A stretch of DNA of 64,000 nt from Escherichia phage teqhad. Shown here piece by piece: positions 9,377 through 19,226 of the stretch. The notes beneath the pieces were generated by a model that was not told the origin of the DNA, did not search any database, and saw only the letters and a list, made by a program, of their open reading frames with translations. Position numbers and translations under genes: made by a program. Each line of letters starts with the position of its first letter. Position 1 is the first letter of the stretch. Location of the stretch: the sequence record NC_054933.1. One strand, written 5' to 3'.

Positions 9377-9744
9377 TTAAATTTAATGGCTTGAAGAAGA
9401 CTAATAATTCTCAAGCGACTTCTTTCATCTTTAACTGTAAAAGAAAGAGGGTCACCAGATTTCATAGTAATAGTACATTCAAAATCAAAATCTTCTGTGA
9501 CTTCTTCGAAGAAGTCAAATTCTTCAGCATAAATTAGAACATTACTCTGCATACTGTGAAGAATTTTTCCGTTATTTCCAGACGCTGTACTAATCATCGT
9601 AACATTATGACCTTTCATATCTTCAACGATAAATTCGCTTGTAGATATTACAGCATTAATAGAACCATTCCTATAAATAGCAGACATTAGATATTTCTTT
9701 TCTTCGCCTTCGCGAATACGATATTTCTTACCGATTTTAAACAT
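9373..9744 (-). CDS. hypothetical protein (123 aa)
   Basis: Track ORF 9373..9750 begins at GTG; the ATG at 9744 is preferred. Confidence 0.5.
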   Translation of the reverse strand: MFKIGKKYRIREGEEKKYLMSAIYRNGSINAVISTSEFIVEDMKGHNVTMISTASGNNGKILHSMQSNVLIYAEEFDFFEEVTEDFDFECTITMKSGDPLSFTVKDERSRLRIISLLQAIKFK

Positions 9745-9923
9745 AATCACCCTTTAAGTAAGTCGTAAAATCCGCCATTCACATGCTTAGGAGCAGAAGC
9801 CCGACGAGTAGACAAACGATGACATTTAGGGCAAACATCATTTTCTCGTTCAGAAATCTTTTTAATTTTTTCATATTCATGCCCGCAATCTTCGGATTGG
9901 CATTTATAATCATACATTGGCAT
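9744..9923 (-). CDS. zinc-ribbon protein (59 aa, CxxC...CxxC)
   Basis: Hand-translated MPMYDYKCQSEDCGHEYEKIKKISERENDVCPKCHRLSTRR...; not in track (<60 aa). Confidence 0.45.
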
Positions 9924-9925
9924 AA

Positions 9926-10351
9926 TTATTCCTTAAAATGAGCTTTCAGCATCTGATACAAGGACCATGCCTGTTCATTATTTTCAATAGTAACTTTCAT
10001 GACAGGAAATTCTGTGAAATCTTCTATTTGTTCTTGCTCTTGCTCTTCCTGCTCTTGCTCTTCAGCTGCCTGATATGGATTTTCCACTTCATCAAAGAAC
10101 TCAGCTTCGTTAGTAGAGAGCCAGATAAAGTTTTCGTCAAGGATATCACCATGTGTTGCATATCCAATTGTGCCAGTAAATGACATAATTTTAGTAGGAC
10201 GACCAAGATGGTCAACATCTAAAATTTTAAAAGGATGCATACCTAAACGTCGTGCATAAATTCCGTTATCAGTATGGTCTTTAATAAAAGCTTCTTGAGC
10301 TTGTTTATTTTTAAATTGATACCATTTATTAACTTCAAATTTAATAGCCAT
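9926..10351 (-). CDS. goF: GoF-like protein (141 aa) with acidic EQ repeat
   Basis: 141 aa, the size and position of T4 goF; contains [12 protein letters not shown]. Confidence 0.5.
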   Translation of the reverse strand: MAIKFEVNKWYQFKNKQAQEAFIKDHTDNGIYARRLGMHPFKILDVDHLGRPTKIMSFTGTIGYATHGDILDENFIWLSTNEAEFFDEVENPYQAAEEQEQEEQEQEQIEDFTEFPVMKVTIENNEQAWSLYQMLKAHFKE

Positions 10352-10566
10352 TAATAAATTTCCTTCCAGTAAGTTGTGCCATCTTCAGTAATTTCACGAA
10401 ATACACCGTAAATTGGTTGTTTATCACCAACCTTTTCATACACATAAACCGAAGTCAAGTGAGTAAACTTAACGGTATGTTCCTTTTGAACTACTACCAA
10501 ATCTGGATCGAATAATACATCTTCAAATTCGTCATTAGTGCAGTTCTGAACAATTTTACGTTTCAT
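10351..10566 (-). CDS. cef: Cef-like protein (71 aa)
   Basis: 71 aa ORF directly after goF, as in T4. Confidence 0.5.
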   Translation of the reverse strand: MKRKIVQNCTNDEFEDVLFDPDLVVVQKEHTVKFTHLTSVYVYEKVGDKQPIYGVFREITEDGTTYWKEIY

Positions 10567-10579
10567 TACAATTTCCTCA

Positions 10580-10849
10580 TTAATTGAACAGTGGAGCGAT
10601 GCGTTTCAGAAGAGTAGCAGCACCTTTGGCAAATTTTACATCATGAAAAACAGTTTCTTCTTCCGTTACAACACGAGCTTTAATGTTTTCACAATCCCAA
10701 TTTTTGCGAACAATCTTCAAAAGCTGCAGTAAATCTTTACATTCAGCAATATCGATAACACATCCACGAGAATCTTCCATTATCGCACGATAACCGTAAG
10801 CCATACCATAATCATTGAAAGATTGCTCGATGATAATTAAATTTTCCAT
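10580..10849 (-). CDS. hypothetical protein (89 aa)
   Basis: Track ORF starts at TTG inside the conserved leader; the ATG at 10849 follows GGAGAATAAA. Confidence 0.5.
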   Translation of the reverse strand: MENLIIIEQSFNDYGMAYGYRAIMEDSRGCVIDIAECKDLLQLLKIVRKNWDCENIKARVVTEEETVFHDVKFAKGAATLLKRIAPLFN

Positions 10850-10955
10850 TTTATTCTCCAAGTTGTTTTCTGTATCAGTAGTTGATATTGATATAGTACC
10901 ATAATCAACTACTGATGTATATAGTTTTATGAAAAATTTTAAACTTTATGCAAAT

Positions 10956-11375
10956 TTATGCTAAAGCTGCTTCGCACCATTTTTTAATTTGGAATTCAGG
11001 AACTACCATGAACTGGCCTGCAAAAACAATATTGTAGAGCTTGACACCATCTTCTACCCAACGGTCCGAAATAAAACCAGCGACTTGATTCGTTGTCCAT
11101 GGAGTTCCATCTGTTGCCGCCGCAATTGTGAATTTATGGTCTTTTACAACTAAAACTGAAGAACAAAGTTTCCATTTAAATGCGCTTTCTTCTGGCTCAA
11201 TGAACTGACTTGAGACATAACCAATGTTACCATCAGCGTCACGAACTTTAACCTCGTTACGACCAAAAACTGGATCACTTACAGAAAGAACTTCAACCAG
11301 CTTTCCTGCAACTTTAGAACGAGAAGCAACGGATACATATACGTAATCACCAGTAGAGAGATTTACAATATTCAT
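10956..11375 (-). CDS. hypothetical protein, tandem paralog 1 of 3 (139 aa)
   Basis: Shares N-terminal SRSKxAGxLVEV and C-terminal DxWVEDGxKLYNIVF motifs with 11385..11858. Confidence 0.6.
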   Translation of the reverse strand: MNIVNLSTGDYVYVSVASRSKVAGKLVEVLSVSDPVFGRNEVKVRDADGNIGYVSSQFIEPEESAFKWKLCSSVLVVKDHKFTIAAATDGTPWTTNQVAGFISDRWVEDGVKLYNIVFAGQFMVVPEFQIKKWCEAALA

Positions 11376-11384
11376 AATAATTCC

Positions 11385-11858
11385 TTAAGCTTTACGAGGA
11401 GAAGCATAACGAGTGATTTCAGATTCTTCAACAACCCGGAAGTCACCTAAGAATACGATATTGTAGAGCTTTTCACCATCTTCAACCCATTGGTCTGTGA
11501 TGAAGCCACACATCCTATCAGTTTTACTTGGACCAGCGAAATCATCAATATAATCGAATTCTTCATCAGTTACAAATTCAACGCCTTTACACAACGCCCA
11601 TTTAAATTGTGCATTAGACTCAGTGGATTCAACTTCTTCAACAGAAGCAAAATGAGAGCTAACACGAGTTTCCAGAAATTTAGGACTTACGTAAGCGTAC
11701 TGAGTTTCAGTTTTTCCAGAACTAGGAATGATTCGAACTTTAACTTCTATAACACGACCAGTACCATTAGTACGAAGTCCTACCACTTCAACTAGACGAC
11801 CTGCAGCTTTAGAACGAGATGCAGACGATACACGCTTAATTTCACCGATAGTAATCAT
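11385..11858 (-). CDS. hypothetical protein, tandem paralog 2 of 3 (157 aa)
   Basis: See paralog 1. Confidence 0.6.
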   Translation of the reverse strand: MITIGEIKRVSSASRSKAAGRLVEVVGLRTNGTGRVIEVKVRIIPSSGKTETQYAYVSPKFLETRVSSHFASVEEVESTESNAQFKWALCKGVEFVTDEEFDYIDDFAGPSKTDRMCGFITDQWVEDGEKLYNIVFLGDFRVVEESEITRYASPRKA

Positions 11859-11930
11859 AATTTTTCTCTCTTTGTTGTTAAGATTTATTCTCCATGAGAG
11901 CCATTATAACAGGCTCTCTATAAAGTAAAC

Positions 11931-12425
11931 TTAATTAAGGATATTAATTACTGCACTACGTGGAACTACACTAAAATCACCTGCATGAACAACGTTCAGA
12001 AGTTCAACACCGTCTTCAATCCACTGATCAGTTACCCATCCACTCACTGGACCTGCGAACGGACGTCGAATTGAAACAGCTTTACACAACAAATCAGTAG
12101 GCTCAATAGGCTTAACCAGAGTACCGTACATACAAGCGATATCCATATCAATACAGATGTCTTTAACGGGTTCTACTTCTTCAATCAACAGTTCAAAGTC
12201 GGTGCTTGGAAGGGCGGTAGTAGAAATTGTACCGTATGAATTTTTAATTTCTAAGAATAACCAAGGGCCTTCAGCTTGTTTGATGAAGTTAACAATAGTG
12301 AAACTATTACCTTGAGTGGCGCCTAAAATTTCACAAAACTTTTCATAAGCTCGCACTGAAGCACCATACCAGTTGATTTGCTTTTCGTCTTTCAGGATGT
12401 AAGTAGCTGTAGTACTGATATTCAT
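11931..12425 (-). CDS. hypothetical protein, tandem paralog 3 of 3 (164 aa)
   Basis: C-terminal GWVTDQWIEDGVELLNVVHAGDFSVV is related to paralogs 1 and 2. Confidence 0.55.
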   Translation of the reverse strand: MNISTTATYILKDEKQINWYGASVRAYEKFCEILGATQGNSFTIVNFIKQAEGPWLFLEIKNSYGTISTTALPSTDFELLIEEVEPVKDICIDMDIACMYGTLVKPIEPTDLLCKAVSIRRPFAGPVSGWVTDQWIEDGVELLNVVHAGDFSVVPRSAVINILN

Positions 12426-12436
12426 AATGTTTTCCC

Positions 12437-12940
12437 TTAATCTAAGGTAATAAAGCCTTTTAATTCGGCATGTGACTTGCGGAACATTACTTGATGACCG
12501 CCAATGATAACTTGGTCATCAGGTACTTCGTATACAGCGAGATAAAATCCTTTAGAAGCTAATTCTTCACGCTCTTCTCGTGTGAACCATCTCATCATAT
12601 CATATTCGCTAGCGAAAGCAAAATGATAAAGAGCTATAAACCATCCTGGAATATAGTGATCTACGCCTACATATTCTTCTTTCTCAAAATTAGTATTAAT
12701 TGCTATATTAGCATTTTTAACTAATAGTTTGTCTTCGTGCGGAAGAGGAATTCTTTTATTATCATTACTATGATGCATAAAATTAGGTCTGTCATAACCT
12801 ACGTGTAATAACCACTCTTCGCTCCATGAATCTATTATACTCCTGTATGGCGTTATTTGAACACAAAGATCTCGACGTATTGTTATAGCATCTTCATAAT
12901 TAAGAATACTAAATGATGATTCAACACGATAAATTTTCAT
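12437..12940 (-). CDS. hypothetical protein (167 aa)
   Basis: Internal ATG at 12940 with GAGGAT SD downstream of the early promoter. Confidence 0.5.
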   Translation of the reverse strand: MKIYRVESSFSILNYEDAITIRRDLCVQITPYRSIIDSWSEEWLLHVGYDRPNFMHHSNDNKRIPLPHEDKLLVKNANIAINTNFEKEEYVGVDHYIPGWFIALYHFAFASEYDMMRWFTREEREELASKGFYLAVYEVPDDQVIIGGHQVMFRKSHAELKGFITLD

Positions 12941-12964
12941 TTTATTATCCTCAGTAGCTATGGT

Positions 12965-12998
12965 GTTATAGTACCACAACTAACCGAGGAAGTAAACA
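12965..12998 (-). promoter_or_regulatory. T4-type early promoter
   Basis: Minus strand GTTTACTTCCTCGGTTAGTTGTGGTACTATAAC. Confidence 0.55.
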
Positions 12999-13002
12999 AC
13001 TT

Positions 13003-13686
13003 TTATCGTTTTGTTGGAAGAGACAGAGGATCGCATTCTTCCTCTGACGGAGCATCTTCAAGACCCATAGCATATCGCAAAGCATACTTCATCATCAGGA
13101 TGTCTTTCGCACAGTCATGAATAGAATCATGTGCAACGAATCCATCTAAAGTTCCTTTTGGAAGAGGACACGTGGTCATATCACGAACAAGCAGAAGTGC
13201 TTCAATTCTGGTACGAATATCACGCTGATTCCAGAATTTACAAGGTTCTAACTTAAATGTATCAAGCTCATTCTCGGAAACGCCGTTAAGACGTTGAATA
13301 TCGCGAATGAGATCAACTAAAATTGGAAAATCAAACGACATTCCACGGCACCAGCCTTGAGATTTCCAAGGATCGATATTATGCGCATTGATGTAATCAT
13401 TAAATTTTGCAATACCATCGATAGTGCTTACATCTTCATCTGATGGTGCAATATTTTTTCGAGCTTCAGGAGATTGATTTTTCCACCATTCGATAGTGCT
13501 TTTAGTAAAAAGACGATGTCCTTTTTGGCTTTTTAAATCAAATTTGATTTTAATGCCACGTGAAACTAATTCATCAAATGTTTCAACGACTTCTGGATTA
13601 GGGTCAAAAGCAATTACAGCCAAATCAATAACAGCTGCTTTTTCACCGCTTCCCATTGTTTCAAAATCTATAATAAAATCAAACAT
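13003..13686 (-). CDS. dexA: exonuclease A (DEDDh 3'-5' exonuclease, 227 aa)
   Basis: MFDFIIDFETMG... DxE exonuclease motif; 227 aa as T4 DexA. Confidence 0.8.
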   Translation of the reverse strand: MFDFIIDFETMGSGEKAAVIDLAVIAFDPNPEVVETFDELVSRGIKIKFDLKSQKGHRLFTKSTIEWWKNQSPEARKNIAPSDEDVSTIDGIAKFNDYINAHNIDPWKSQGWCRGMSFDFPILVDLIRDIQRLNGVSENELDTFKLEPCKFWNQRDIRTRIEALLLVRDMTTCPLPKGTLDGFVAHDSIHDCAKDILMMKYALRYAMGLEDAPSEEECDPLSLPTKR

Positions 13687-13943
13687 TAAACTTTCCTCGC
13701 TAAATCGCGAATTTGGCCTACAGTATAGTCTTGAATATAAACTTTATTAATAGGCTCATCAATAAATTTTGCCATAGATTCAATATCTTTTTGTATCTCT
13801 TTAAGACTGTATACTATCTTTGAAGCTTTTTCGCGAATAGTAATATTTTCAGGACCTGGATTTTCTTCAATGACAGCTTTAACATTTGTCATAAGAGATT
13901 TAAACTGGTACCAACTCAACTCAATCATTAATAATCGCCTCAT
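13686..13943 (-). CDS. hypothetical protein (85 aa), small tandem paralog
   Basis: Similar in length and motif (..DYxVGxI..) to 13921..14181. Confidence 0.5.
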   Translation of the reverse strand: MRRLLMIELSWYQFKSLMTNVKAVIEENPGPENITIREKASKIVYSLKEIQKDIESMAKFIDEPINKVYIQDYTVGQIRDLARKV

Positions 13944-14181
13944 AAAGATAGCTAATTTCGCCTAAAACGTAATCATTGATTGTAACAGTTTTCACTTCAC
14001 CGCAAAAGAATTCTAACGCAATTAAATCTCGTTCAATTTCTTCTAATTGAAGCATCAACTTATTAGATTCAATTTTTACAGTTTCACGATTTTTACCATG
14101 AGCAATTTCATAAATTTCGCTCACTTTATCTTGAAGCAGATAAAACTGATCTTTAGTTATTTCCACGAATAGCTTCCTCAA
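13921..14181 (-). CDS. hypothetical protein (86 aa), small tandem paralog
   Basis: Track ORF. Confidence 0.5.
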   Translation of the reverse strand: MRKLFVEITKDQFYLLQDKVSEIYEIAHGKNRETVKIESNKLMLQLEEIERDLIALEFFCGEVKTVTINDYVLGEISYLYEAIIND

Positions 14182-14413
14182 ATTTAATTAGTAATTTACA
14201 GACACTTTCATCTAGTGTAATTACCGTATCTGTATTACTGTGATATGATTGTTTTTCAATTCGTTTAATTGCTAATATAGTATCACTTATAAGATAAAGC
14301 TTATGAAGGAGCTCAGCTCCTGTTACCATAACATCGAGATTATCTTGCTTATTAGTATGCTTCCTTATACCATCTATTAGACGATTTAAATATTTTGAAT
14401 TGATGTTAATCAT
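14153..14413 (-). CDS. hypothetical protein (86 aa)
   Basis: Track ORF. Confidence 0.5.
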   Translation of the reverse strand: MININSKYLNRLIDGIRKHTNKQDNLDVMVTGAELLHKLYLISDTILAIKRIEKQSYHSNTDTVITLDESVCKLLIKFEEAIRGNN

Positions 14414-14419
14414 ATAGCC

Positions 14420-15739
14420 TCACACATAAAACACATCATAACGACCACGAGTTACACCAACATAAAGAAGCTGCTGAGCTAGTTCAGCATCTGCATAATG
14501 AATACAAGGCGTATAAATGAAAGCACGGTCTACAGACATACCCTGAGCTTTATGGAATGTTGATGCAGGAAGTGCTTTCACTTTACTGAACTGTGATTTA
14601 GCATCCCAAAAATCACTCCATGGAGCTTTTCCGCCTTTATTCCAATTTTTATATGTTTCTGCCGTTTTACCTAAAAATAAGTTAAACTTATACAGCTCTT
14701 CATCAGATGAAATTATTTTAATCTTTTCACGATAATATTCATCATCGCCGTAAGTTTCTACTGTTAAATCCCAATGACGAATTAAGTATTCTCCAGGAAC
14801 ACCACGAGCTTTAACAAACGTTGATGTATACTCTGCTTCTATAATACGAACTAATTGTCCGTTATTAAAAATAATTTCTGACACAGGCTTTCCATCAATT
14901 TTATATGTTTTAATTAATGGTTCCTGCATTACAATAATTTCACCAACAATAAAATCTTTATCAGTTTCAAAAATCTTTTTACGAATAATGCTATTTAACT
15001 TGTCAACAGATTTATTCGTAAATGCCATTACGCGATTTTCAAACAAATCATCTAGTGATTTGACGATTGAAAAATAATTTACCATAAAATCGCGTAAAGC
15101 GGTATCACCAGTAAATCCACGTACTCCATGCCCGTCAACAACTTTATCATAAATCCACTTACCATTACGAACATCAGTAGCTACATCAATAATAGGAGCA
15201 TTACTGCGTTTAACTTCAGTAAGTTCACACTGATAAAAATCTTTGTGTGTAAAGAATGGACTGATATAAGCAGTATTTTCTCCTGGGTCAACAGGTCTAA
15301 TTTGCTTATTATCACCTATTCCAATTATAGTACACCACGGTGGGATAGTTGAAAGCAAAATTTTGAAGAGCTTTCTATCATACATTGACACTTCGTCGCA
15401 GATTAATACCCTGCATTTAGCTAAATCTGGTACTTCTTTTTGTTCAAAAAGAACGTTTTCTTCATACGTAACTGGGTTAATTTTAAGAATACTGTGAATA
15501 GTACTCGCTTCTTTCCCCGACAGTTTTGAAAGAATCTTTTTAGCTGCATGTGTAGGAGCTGCCAAAATGATACCAGTTTCGCCTGTTGATATTAAAGCTT
15601 CAATGATGAATTTTGTAAGAGTAGTCTTACCAGTACCAGCAGGTCCATTAATAGTTACATGATGTTTCTTTTCTTTAATAGCCCTCATAACGATGTTAAA
15701 GGCATTTTTCTGGCCTTCTGTCAAATCATCAAATGTCAT
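14420..15739 (-). CDS. dda: Dda DNA helicase (SF1, 439 aa)
   Basis: Walker A GPAGTGKT; 439 aa as T4 Dda. Confidence 0.9.
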   Translation of the reverse strand: MTFDDLTEGQKNAFNIVMRAIKEKKHHVTINGPAGTGKTTLTKFIIEALISTGETGIILAAPTHAAKKILSKLSGKEASTIHSILKINPVTYEENVLFEQKEVPDLAKCRVLICDEVSMYDRKLFKILLSTIPPWCTIIGIGDNKQIRPVDPGENTAYISPFFTHKDFYQCELTEVKRSNAPIIDVATDVRNGKWIYDKVVDGHGVRGFTGDTALRDFMVNYFSIVKSLDDLFENRVMAFTNKSVDKLNSIIRKKIFETDKDFIVGEIIVMQEPLIKTYKIDGKPVSEIIFNNGQLVRIIEAEYTSTFVKARGVPGEYLIRHWDLTVETYGDDEYYREKIKIISSDEELYKFNLFLGKTAETYKNWNKGGKAPWSDFWDAKSQFSKVKALPASTFHKAQGMSVDRAFIYTPCIHYADAELAQQLLYVGVTRGRYDVFYV

Positions 15740-16047
15740 CGGAAAGTCCCTGCAATTGGAATACTAACAATACGCCCAGTATCTAGAATTCGTTGATATA
15801 ATCTTTGTGTATCTACATCAGGCTTAACATGTTTAACTTCTATTTTATTAAACCAAAACTTGCGTGGAGTCTCAACTAGTCTTGGAATTCCCATACCTAA
15901 AGCTAGTTTATATTGGTCTTTGAGAGTAGTAAAAACTCTATCAGCAATCTCTCTTTCAAAAAATACAGCAGGACGATGTTCATCAAGTGGAACTGGCGCC
16001 GTAAATCCGTCTTTGTCTCGGTAAACTATCGCATATACATAAACCAT
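15736..16047 (-). CDS. hypothetical protein (103 aa)
   Basis: Track ORF, coupled to dda. Confidence 0.5.
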   Translation of the reverse strand: MVYVYAIVYRDKDGFTAPVPLDEHRPAVFFEREIADRVFTTLKDQYKLALGMGIPRLVETPRKFWFNKIEVKHVKPDVDTQRLYQRILDTGRIVSIPIAGTFR

Positions 16048-16048
16048 A

Positions 16049-16795
16049 TTATCCTCGGATAAGTTTAAAAATTGAACAATTTAGCGGGTATCCTCTTTTC
16101 AGTTTAAGTTTATCAATAAAAGACAAGTTTTGATACCGCTCTACACCTTGAATAATTTTATCACACATATCATATTGCATTTCTGCTTCTGACAACTTTT
16201 TCACAATTTTCCAATCCGAGCCTTTAAGAAGAACGTTCAGTTTAACAACTTCAGCGCCTTCTGCTATGCGAGAACCATCAATACGAGCTTTAAGTGCTAT
16301 AATCCTTAGCTTAATGTCAGAGGTCTGTTTTGATTTAGAAAGCTGAGAAATGTGTTCAATTCGATTTTCACGCTTTTTCTGTATAGCTTTAATTTGATTA
16401 TAAGTCTTTTTGATTTTAGCCCATTTCTTTTCATCTAAATTTAGTTTATGAACTTTTTTCGCAGATGAACGACCAATTCGCAAAGCAAATAAATCACGCT
16501 TTTCAATCAACTCTTCTAAAGTATAATCAGAACGAAATGTATTATACTTTTTCTTTACTGCAATAACATTTCCTTTAATGTATCCAACGTTATTATCAAA
16601 ACGTTCTAATGATAATTTCTCTCCTTCAATACGATTATCAAAAGGTTCTCCTGAATAGGCACAAACTTTCTGATCTAAAATGTTCTTAATGTAATTGAAG
16701 TCTAAGTTAAAATCTTTAGAACGTCTTTTAGCAGATGCCTGAGTGTGCTCTAAACGACGTTTAATTTTACGAATTTGATTATTAGACAGTTTCAT
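16049..16795 (-). CDS. srd: Srd-like protein (248 aa)
   Basis: Basic, helical 248 aa ORF immediately downstream of modA, as T4 srd. Confidence 0.5.
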   Translation of the reverse strand: MKLSNNQIRKIKRRLEHTQASAKRRSKDFNLDFNYIKNILDQKVCAYSGEPFDNRIEGEKLSLERFDNNVGYIKGNVIAVKKKYNTFRSDYTLEELIEKRDLFALRIGRSSAKKVHKLNLDEKKWAKIKKTYNQIKAIQKKRENRIEHISQLSKSKQTSDIKLRIIALKARIDGSRIAEGAEVVKLNVLLKGSDWKIVKKLSEAEMQYDMCDKIIQGVERYQNLSFIDKLKLKRGYPLNCSIFKLIRG

Positions 16796-16827
16796 ATTTT
16801 TCTCACATCTTACGGACGATTGACTAC

Positions 16828-16860
16828 TATACTATAACATTTTTACTTCAGATTGTAAAC
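16828..16860 (-). promoter_or_regulatory. T4-type early promoter
   Basis: Minus strand GTTTACAATCTGAAGTAAAAATGTTATAGTATAG. Confidence 0.45.
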
Positions 16861-16917
16861 AACTTTATGCAAAAATGCTTTAAAACTTTCGTGGTATAAT
16901 GAATCTAAGTCCTTCCA

Positions 16918-17520
16918 TTATAGATTAAATCCTTCAAAATCAAGAGTATAGATAGTATATGTTGAATACTTTTTATACTCATATCTATCTGCAATTCTAA
17001 ATACACTTCCAGCTGGTATCATTACTTCTTGTTCATCTGAAACTAATTCCATATTACGATAACGATGGCTATCCGGAAACTTAAAGTTTGGATTGTATTC
17101 TTTACAGCGTAGAGCTTTTATGGCATACTCCTGGAAATTGAATACCATAGGAGCTTTGAATTCAAAAATAACCTGTGTGTTATACTCTAAACCGGAAGCA
17201 AAATGTAGAGCTATATTTTTATCATATGAAGCTGATACGACTTTATCAAATGTAATAATATCAATTCCTTGATTTAACACCTGCTTAGTCTCAGCTGGAA
17301 CACCTCTCCAAAGAGGTTTATCGTTTGGAACCAAACGAGATTTGATTATTTCATTTAACCAAGTATGGTCATCTGGTTTATTAGTAATACAATGAATTAA
17401 AAGTTCAATTTCAGATAAATTAAACCCTTCAGAAAGTAATTCTTCACGAATAGAAGCACGCACCGATGCATCCATTGATTTTATTTTAAAATCTTTTAGT
17501 TGCATTACTGAGTATTTCAT
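16918..17520 (-). CDS. modA: ModA-like ADP-ribosyltransferase (200 aa)
   Basis: 200 aa, tandem with the 207 aa paralog; the size pair matches T4 ModA/ModB. Confidence 0.65.
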   Translation of the reverse strand: MKYSVMQLKDFKIKSMDASVRASIREELLSEGFNLSEIELLIHCITNKPDDHTWLNEIIKSRLVPNDKPLWRGVPAETKQVLNQGIDIITFDKVVSASYDKNIALHFASGLEYNTQVIFEFKAPMVFNFQEYAIKALRCKEYNPNFKFPDSHRYRNMELVSDEQEVMIPAGSVFRIADRYEYKKYSTYTIYTLDFEGFNL

Positions 17521-18140
17521 TCAACTACCTCAATATCATAAACTTTAAATGTTCCAAATGAATCGTGTAATTTTTCTTTTGAAATAGAAGTTATTCTATA
17601 CTTTCCAATTGGAATCATCCATTCCTGTTCACGCACAATCATCATTAAGTTATCAGTACGCTCTGAATCTAATCCATCAGTATCTTCATACGTGTACTTA
17701 AACTCAGTATTAGGAGAAGAAAGTATAATATCGCTGATATGGTCAGAATAATTAAAAGCTTTATTAGTTTTTAAGCGAAGTATTATTTTAGTAAAATATT
17801 CAGCATAAGAAAAAGAACATGCTGTGAGCAAACTAGTAGTAAATGAATCTACTCTATTCGTTGAAAACACTTCTCCAACTTGTAAATCTTTAATAAGTTC
17901 TTCTGTTGATTTTGATATACCACGATATAACTGATAAGGTGATTTAGTTAAATGCTTTTTAATGATTTTATTCAACTGCCTATGAAGAGCTTCATTCTTT
18001 TTAGCTTCCATACATTGCCAAAGAATTGACTGCTCAAAGTCAGTAAATTTTTCACAGACTTTTTTATACATATCATATTGAAAATCAACGCTTTCAGCTT
18101 TTATAGATAACTGTTCAACATCTGCAAGATTAATAATCAT
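17517..18140 (-). CDS. modB: ModB-like ADP-ribosyltransferase (207 aa)
   Basis: 207 aa, 4-nt overlap with modA. Confidence 0.65.
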   Translation of the reverse strand: MIINLADVEQLSIKAESVDFQYDMYKKVCEKFTDFEQSILWQCMEAKKNEALHRQLNKIIKKHLTKSPYQLYRGISKSTEELIKDLQVGEVFSTNRVDSFTTSLLTACSFSYAEYFTKIILRLKTNKAFNYSDHISDIILSSPNTEFKYTYEDTDGLDSERTDNLMMIVREQEWMIPIGKYRITSISKEKLHDSFGTFKVYDIEVVE

Positions 18141-18165
18141 GATAGCCTCCGTATACTTCAGAAGC

Positions 18166-18196
18166 TATCATATCATCGTTAGAAAGGAAAGTAAAC
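18166..18196 (-). promoter_or_regulatory. T4-type early promoter
   Basis: Minus strand GTTTACTTTCCTTTCTAACGATGATATGATAG upstream of modB. Confidence 0.5.
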
Positions 18197-18207
18197 AACT
18201 TTTTGAA

Positions 18208-18390
18208 TTATTTTGCCCAGGGAGCCCAAGGCGGAGGGTCAAGATGATATGAAGCTAGTTCTTCTAGAAGAGCATCTGGGGCTTCAATTCCATAATTCTG
18301 TAATACTATACGGTACTCTTTCTTATAATCACTAGAATCATTCTGGATATTCGTAGAATGATTATCTTCTAACATCTCAAATAAATCCAT
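18208..18390 (-). CDS. hypothetical protein (60 aa)
   Basis: Track ORF. Confidence 0.45.
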   Translation of the reverse strand: MDLFEMLEDNHSTNIQNDSSDYKKEYRIVLQNYGIEAPDALLEELASYHLDPPPWAPWAK

Positions 18391-18398
18391 ATTAATTC

Positions 18399-18869
18399 CT
18401 AGCGATAAAAACCAAAATGACGATTAGCTTCAATAATCTTTCTTTCTTCTTCGGACATTCTCCATCGTAGTCCAACATCAAAATGAGCCCAGACCATCCT
18501 AACAAATGCATTTATATCTTTAATATCTTCAATAATGAATGTTTTACTTTTAGAAGGTTGACTCGCTAATTTAACTTTATCGTCTTCAAACATGTCAAAA
18601 AGACCATATTCATGAGCTCTTTTATAGCCTTTAATAGTTAAAGCTTCAGAAGAAGAAAATGGTGAATCTGTATTCTGCAAAATATCTTCAGTATGCTTTA
18701 TAATTAGAATAATATTTTCTGGATATTTTCTTTCTTTTATATCTTTAATTAAAATATCCGGATTTTCTGCTAAAGGAATAATTAATGAGCATTTTTTATC
18801 AAGTGTATTTACTGATTTACCTTCTTTAGACATAAATTCTATTGAATAATGTTTTGCTACTTCAATCAT
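18399..18869 (-). CDS. hypothetical protein (156 aa)
   Basis: Track ORF. Confidence 0.5.
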   Translation of the reverse strand: MIEVAKHYSIEFMSKEGKSVNTLDKKCSLIIPLAENPDILIKDIKERKYPENIILIIKHTEDILQNTDSPFSSSEALTIKGYKRAHEYGLFDMFEDDKVKLASQPSKSKTFIIEDIKDINAFVRMVWAHFDVGLRWRMSEEERKIIEANRHFGFYR

Positions 18870-19014
18870 GGGATTTCCTTTTGCCTACTAATGGACCATC
18901 GGGAATTTTGTTTTCCTGGATATATTTCTCATTTTCTTCCATCATTTTACTGCCAATTTTAAGAAGCAAATCCAGTGCTTCATTTGCTTTAGCTTTAGCC
19001 TCTTCCAGCGTCAT
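18862..19014 (-). CDS. small helical protein (50 aa)
   Basis: Hand-translated [23 protein letters not shown]...; its stop overlaps the next ATG (ATGATTGA). Confidence 0.3.
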   Translation of the reverse strand: MTLEEAKAKANEALDLLLKIGSKMMEENEKYIQENKIPDGPLVGKRKSHD

Positions 19015-19022
19015 ATCTTTGT

Positions 19023-19226
19023 TCACGATTTATCCCCATAGATGTCTCTCATCAATTTAAGCGCTGAGCGTTCTAATTTCTTTTCTTTCTCAGCACTAAT
19101 CATTGATTTCATCCATTCTTCCGATTCGTTCTGCATTTCTTTATTTGCTTGTTCAACCCAACCATCATCAATGTACATTGAGTTTGGTCTATTGAACCAT
19201 TCAAGAATCTTCTTGAGAGCTTTCAT
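19023..19226 (-). CDS. hypothetical protein (67 aa)
   Basis: Track ORF. Confidence 0.5.
   Translation of the reverse strand: MKALKKILEWFNRPNSMYIDDGWVEQANKEMQNESEEWMKSMISAEKEKKLERSALKLMRDIYGDKS

Noticed and set aside
7742-9380. Plus-strand ORFs overlapping gene 39 and the lipoprotein gene (7742..7927, 8000..8245, 8573..8863, 8613..8795, 8976..9380)
   Set aside because: Antisense to a conserved enzyme gene; Cys/Phe-rich junk translations typical of AT-rich antisense frames.
10020-10060. Short GAA/CAA-type tandem repeat in goF
   Set aside because: It simply encodes the acidic [12 protein letters not shown] stretch within a coding region; not an independent repeat element.
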